Assembly (NCBI GenBank): GCA_039630415.1
Contig: JBCNVB010000028.1
Span: 1 to 29,628 of the forward strand
Direction of reading: 5' to 3'
Length of the DNA: 29,628 bases
From: a bacterium
Lineage (GTDB): Bacteria > DRYD01
In this document: in pieces, positions 26,523 through 29,628 of the stretch
How the letters are laid out: each line of letters opens with the position of its first letter
How positions within the stretch are numbered: the stretch's first letter is position 1
Position numbers and translations under genes: made by a program
The notes under the pieces: model-generated
Databases searched by the model: none
Told to the model about the DNA's origin: nothing
The model's input: only the letters and a program-made list of their open reading frames with translations

Positions 26523-27188
26523 TTGTCAGAGATAAATTCCATAAGAAGCTCTCAAAGTAACGCTATAAGATTTACAAGCAGCTCCCCTCAAACCCAACAA
26601 ACACAGCAAACACAGCAAACACAGCAAACGCAACAAACAGAGCAAACAAATGAATCACAAAAACAAACAGAAACACAAACTACCGAAAACCTCAAAGATA
26701 AAGATAAAACAGATAAAAATCAAGAAAAAAGAGGAATACACGAAGAATTAGAAGCCATACAAAAAGAACTAGAAGAGATAAAAAAACAATTACAATCAAG
26801 AAATAATCCACAACCTATTGACCAATCACAGCCAATAGGTCAATCACAACCAATAAACCAATCACAACCCATATCCCAAATACAACAAAACCCAAATACT
26901 AACGACCCAAACCAAGTTATAATAAATGATATACTATCAGTACTACTATCATTACAATCACAAGGGCAAGGACTTCAACAAGCACTCCAAAAATTAGAAC
27001 AAGATTACAATACTATAAAAGCAATGAACTTTCCACTAAGACCAGAAATTGACAGACTAGCACAGCAAATACTACAAATGAAAAACTCACCCACACAGAT
27101 AAACCCCAACCTAATCACAAACGTTCTAAATTCAAATCAAGCACAAAATCAAACACAGAACCAACAAAATCAACAGAACTTAGTTTAG
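26523..27188 (+). CDS. Gln-rich low-complexity protein with a central coiled coil
   Basis: The track's GTG (26514) lies inside the SD GGAGGTG; in-frame TTG at 26523 has proper spacing, giving MSEINSIRSSQSN. Contains (QTQ)n, EELEAIQKELEEIKKQLQ and (QPIxQS)x4. Confidence 0.72.
   Translation: MSEINSIRSSQSNAIRFTSSSPQTQQTQQTQQTQQTQQTEQTNESQKQTETQTTENLKDKDKTDKNQEKRGIHEELEAIQKELEEIKKQLQSRNNPQPIDQSQPIGQSQPINQSQPISQIQQNPNTNDPNQVIINDILSVLLSLQSQGQGLQQALQKLEQDYNTIKAMNFPLRPEIDRLAQQILQMKNSPTQINPNLITNVLNSNQAQNQTQNQQNQQNLV
26589..26648 (+). repeat. 9-bp coding tandem repeat (CAAACACAG)n
   Basis: Three perfect units at 26598-26624 plus degenerate flanking units; encodes QTQ repeats. Confidence 0.85.
26811..26879 (+). 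repeat. 18-bp coding tandem repeat, about 4 copies
   Basis: Encodes QPIDQS-QPIGQS-QPINQS-QPISQ. Confidence 0.8.
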
Positions 27189-27211
27189 TATAGATGCCCC
27201 ACTCTAAAAAC

Positions 27212-28135
27212 TTAGCCCAAATCTATTTCCCTAATTCTTTTTAACTCAGAATACCTAAGACAGTTGACTTTAGAAAAACATGAAAAAGGTTTCCAACGAG
27301 TAACACGATACTCAAACCCACTATCAGGGAAAAAAGAAACAACAAAAGGAACATTACAAAAAGCAGCCAAATGAACTGGACCCGTATCAAAACCAACCAT
27401 AACCCTAGCCCTTAAACATAAATTGAAATAATCCTCTATATTGTTTAACATAATTTTTTTAACTCCTCCAGAGCTAGAAAAAAAACTCCGATCCGACAAA
27501 TATTCCCAGTACCTTCTTTCATAAGGTCCAAAAACAACTAAAACCTGTCCTAAACCACCTAAAAAACTTATAATCTCACAATAATCCCTAACACTAATCC
27601 CCAAATCTATAGATTTATAAGTAAAATGCACCAATATTAAATCTCTCGAACATTCACAATTTTTAAAATACAACTCATAGTTAAATAAATCCAAAACTTT
27701 ATTCAAATCAAACTGCCCTAAACTGAGAGCAAAACTTACAAAATTGAAGGTATTCAAAATATCATGCCCCACAAATATATCCTCAAAATCAATCACATTA
27801 ATTTTAAAAAAAATACCCAACAGCTTTAGAACCCTAAATATCATCTTAGATCTATATGAAGATATAAACTTTTTATTAGCCTTTGCTTGAATAATTCTGT
27901 ACAAATGCTCAGCATTCTTTATTCTTCCCCACGGACCCAGAAATATAGCAACATCATAGTTAACATTTTCAATCTGATGTAGTATTTTCAACTTATCTGA
28001 GATTCTTATTTTATTGAATATGTGAGAATGTTTGGTATAAAAATGTACTTCATAGAATTTGGATAGGATGTTAAGAGTCGGAATAGTAAAAAGAGTATCA
28101 CCTAACCCATCATCTCGATAAAGCAAAACCTTCAT
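27212..28135 (-). CDS. Glycosyltransferase family 9 (heptosyltransferase-like)
   Basis: R.D.LGD.LF..P at the N-terminus; GP.E; GFDTGPVHLAA. Confidence 0.82.
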   Translation of the reverse strand: MKVLLYRDDGLGDTLFTIPTLNILSKFYEVHFYTKHSHIFNKIRISDKLKILHQIENVNYDVAIFLGPWGRIKNAEHLYRIIQAKANKKFISSYRSKMIFRVLKLLGIFFKINVIDFEDIFVGHDILNTFNFVSFALSLGQFDLNKVLDLFNYELYFKNCECSRDLILVHFTYKSIDLGISVRDYCEIISFLGGLGQVLVVFGPYERRYWEYLSDRSFFSSSGGVKKIMLNNIEDYFNLCLRARVMVGFDTGPVHLAAFCNVPFVVSFFPDSGFEYRVTRWKPFSCFSKVNCLRYSELKRIREIDLG

Positions 28136-29141
28136 TAATGTCCTTTAATTCCTCATTTATCATGATTTCGATTAACTTTTCAAATTTTACTTTGGGTTCC
28201 CAACCAAGAATTTGCTTGGCTTTAGAGTAATCACCTACTAGTAAATCCACTTCAGACGGCCTAAACAACTCCTTATTTGTCCTAACCCTTATCTTACCAC
28301 CCTTGTCAACAGCAAATACATCCCCATTTTTTTCAATCCACTCAATAGATATTCCTACATACTCAAAAGATTTTTCGATAAATTCTTTTACTGTATGAGT
28401 TTCACCAGTAGCTAATACAAAATCATCCGGATAAGAATGATTAAGCATTAAATACATGCCATATACATACTCCGGCGCATACCCCCAATCTCTCTTGGCA
28501 TAAATATTACCTACTTCAAAACTATCAATTATACCATACTTAATCTTACAAACACTATTGACTATTTTTTTAGTTACAAACTCCGGAGATCTCAGAGGAG
28601 ATTCATGATTGAACAATATCCCACATACATTAAACATCGAATATGCTTCTCTATAATTTACAGTTATCCAGTGAGCAAATAGCTTAGAAACCCCGTATGG
28701 ACTACGTGGGTAAAAGTAAGTAGTTTCCTTTTGAGGAATCTCCTGTACCTTACCAAACATTTCGGAAGTAGAAGCCTGATAAAATCTAGTATCCTTCGAA
28801 AAAAGTCTAATAGCTTCCAGAATTCTTAAAGTTCCCATAGCATTAACATTGCAGGTTAGTAAGGGTTGTTTAAATGAAGCTTGTACAAAACTCTGCGCAG
28901 CCAAATTGTAAATCTGATCAAACTTATGCTCCCTTATCACATCGAATACATTACTTTCCTCTAGTAAATCCATGTAGATTATTTTAACTTTATCTTTTAT
29001 TTTGAGTTTTTCTAATCTCCAGTAAGAAGAGTCTGAACTTCTTCTATCCGCACCATATACCTGGTATCCTTGTTCTAAAAGAAGTTTAGCTAAATAAGCT
29101 CCATCTTGACCCCTTATACCTGTAATCAAAGCTTTCTTCAT
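28110..29141 (-). CDS. gmd: GDP-mannose 4,6-dehydratase
   Basis: ALITGIRGQDGAYL, NLAAQSFV, YQASTSEMFG, PRSPYGVSK, LFNHESP, FVTKK, RDWG, RPSEVD. Confidence 0.94.
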   Translation of the reverse strand: MKKALITGIRGQDGAYLAKLLLEQGYQVYGADRRSSDSSYWRLEKLKIKDKVKIIYMDLLEESNVFDVIREHKFDQIYNLAAQSFVQASFKQPLLTCNVNAMGTLRILEAIRLFSKDTRFYQASTSEMFGKVQEIPQKETTYFYPRSPYGVSKLFAHWITVNYREAYSMFNVCGILFNHESPLRSPEFVTKKIVNSVCKIKYGIIDSFEVGNIYAKRDWGYAPEYVYGMYLMLNHSYPDDFVLATGETHTVKEFIEKSFEYVGISIEWIEKNGDVFAVDKGGKIRVRTNKELFRPSEVDLLVGDYSKAKQILGWEPKVKFEKLIEIMINEELKDINEGFALSR

Positions 29142-29143
29142 AT

Positions 29144-29628
29144 TTATACTCCTTGAAGAGTATTTTGTAAGCTTTTTACATATTCGAAAGCTCTTATAGC
29201 GGCAATAGCGCCGTCGGAAGCAGAAGTTACTAACTGCTTTTCACTTCCACTCCTTATATCTCCAGCAGCAAAAATCCCTTCAGTTCTAGTCCTCATATGC
29301 TCATCCGTCTTTATAAATCCATACTCGTCTATATCCACAAAATCCCTATAAATGTCTACCTTGGTTTCAAAACCTATAAAGATGAAAATTCCATCAACCG
29401 GTATTATTTGTTTTTGTTCAGTCTTAACATTTTTTACCAGTATAGAGGTAACCTTATTATCCCCCTGTATTTCCTCTACTACAGTATCCCATATTATCTC
29501 TACGTTTTGAAGGGAAAATACTTTGTCTTGTAGATATTTGAAAGCTCTGAATTGGTTTCTACGATGTATAAGATAGACTTTTTTAGCGATGTTGGCGAGA
29601 TAGGGTGTTTCTTGCAATGCACTATTTC
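29144..29628 (-). CDS. trxB: Thioredoxin reductase, 3' part only (truncated by window end)
   Basis: Frame stays open to the window edge (NSALQE..); HRR.QFRA, DGIFIFIG, GIFAAGDIR, Q.VTSASDGAIAA. Confidence 0.9.
   Translation of the reverse strand, partial: NSALQETPYLANIAKKVYLIHRRNQFRAFKYLQDKVFSLQNVEIIWDTVVEEIQGDNKVTSILVKNVKTEQKQIIPVDGIFIFIGFETKVDIYRDFVDIDEYGFIKTDEHMRTRTEGIFAAGDIRSGSEKQLVTSASDGAIAAIRAFEYVKSLQNTLQGV

Noticed and set aside
26419-26879. CRISPR array
   Set aside because: Repeats are 9-18 bp, tandem or coding, without unique 30-40 bp spacers; no cas genes.
886-29533. Short alternative-frame or antisense ORFs in the track (886-1071, 1100-1327, 4305-4586, 5674-5901, 7988-8173, 9539-9724, 10021-10209, 11354-11596, 11756-11953, 13416-13616, 16905-17093, 18800-19222, 21328-21510, 23101-23292, 29297-29533)
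   Set aside because: All overlap well-supported genes and show no recognisable motifs; they are best explained as shadow ORFs.

Overview
AT-rich (about 30-33% GC by spot counts) bacterial chromosomal window from a diderm organism (BamA, heptose genes) that also carries flagellar-type export/switch genes. The taxon cannot be fixed from the sequence alone. The left end holds a tandem array of at least 3 paralogous AAA-ATPase-like/PD-(D/E)XK nuclease genes with conserved ends and a variable middle, followed by bamA, prmA-like, tRNA-Ala(GGC) and an 8-Cys orphan. The rest is mostly tightly packed minus-strand runs of functionally unrelated genes: trxB-gmd-GT9; DUF2085-PaaK-like-rsmH-hemY; EEP nuclease-class II aldolase; fliM-N-O-P-Q; HddA-like kinase-biotinyl protein-orphan-gmhA-alr-infC-PASTA-trmB-DAACS symporter; hppA-MBL hydrolase. 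Two plus-strand orphans interrupt these runs. The most notable observations are: (1) the ATPase-nuclease array, in which copy 3 has a central block of reversed G/C skew suggesting segment exchange; (2) FliM lacking the N-terminal CheY-binding peptide, near orphans with type III export-like N-termini; (3) infC starting at a non-canonical ATA missed by the ORF track; (4) strong orientation-independent strand skew and scrambled operons. No CRISPR array, rRNA, transposase, integrase or reverse transcriptase was seen. All family calls come from motif recognition by eye, not database searches.
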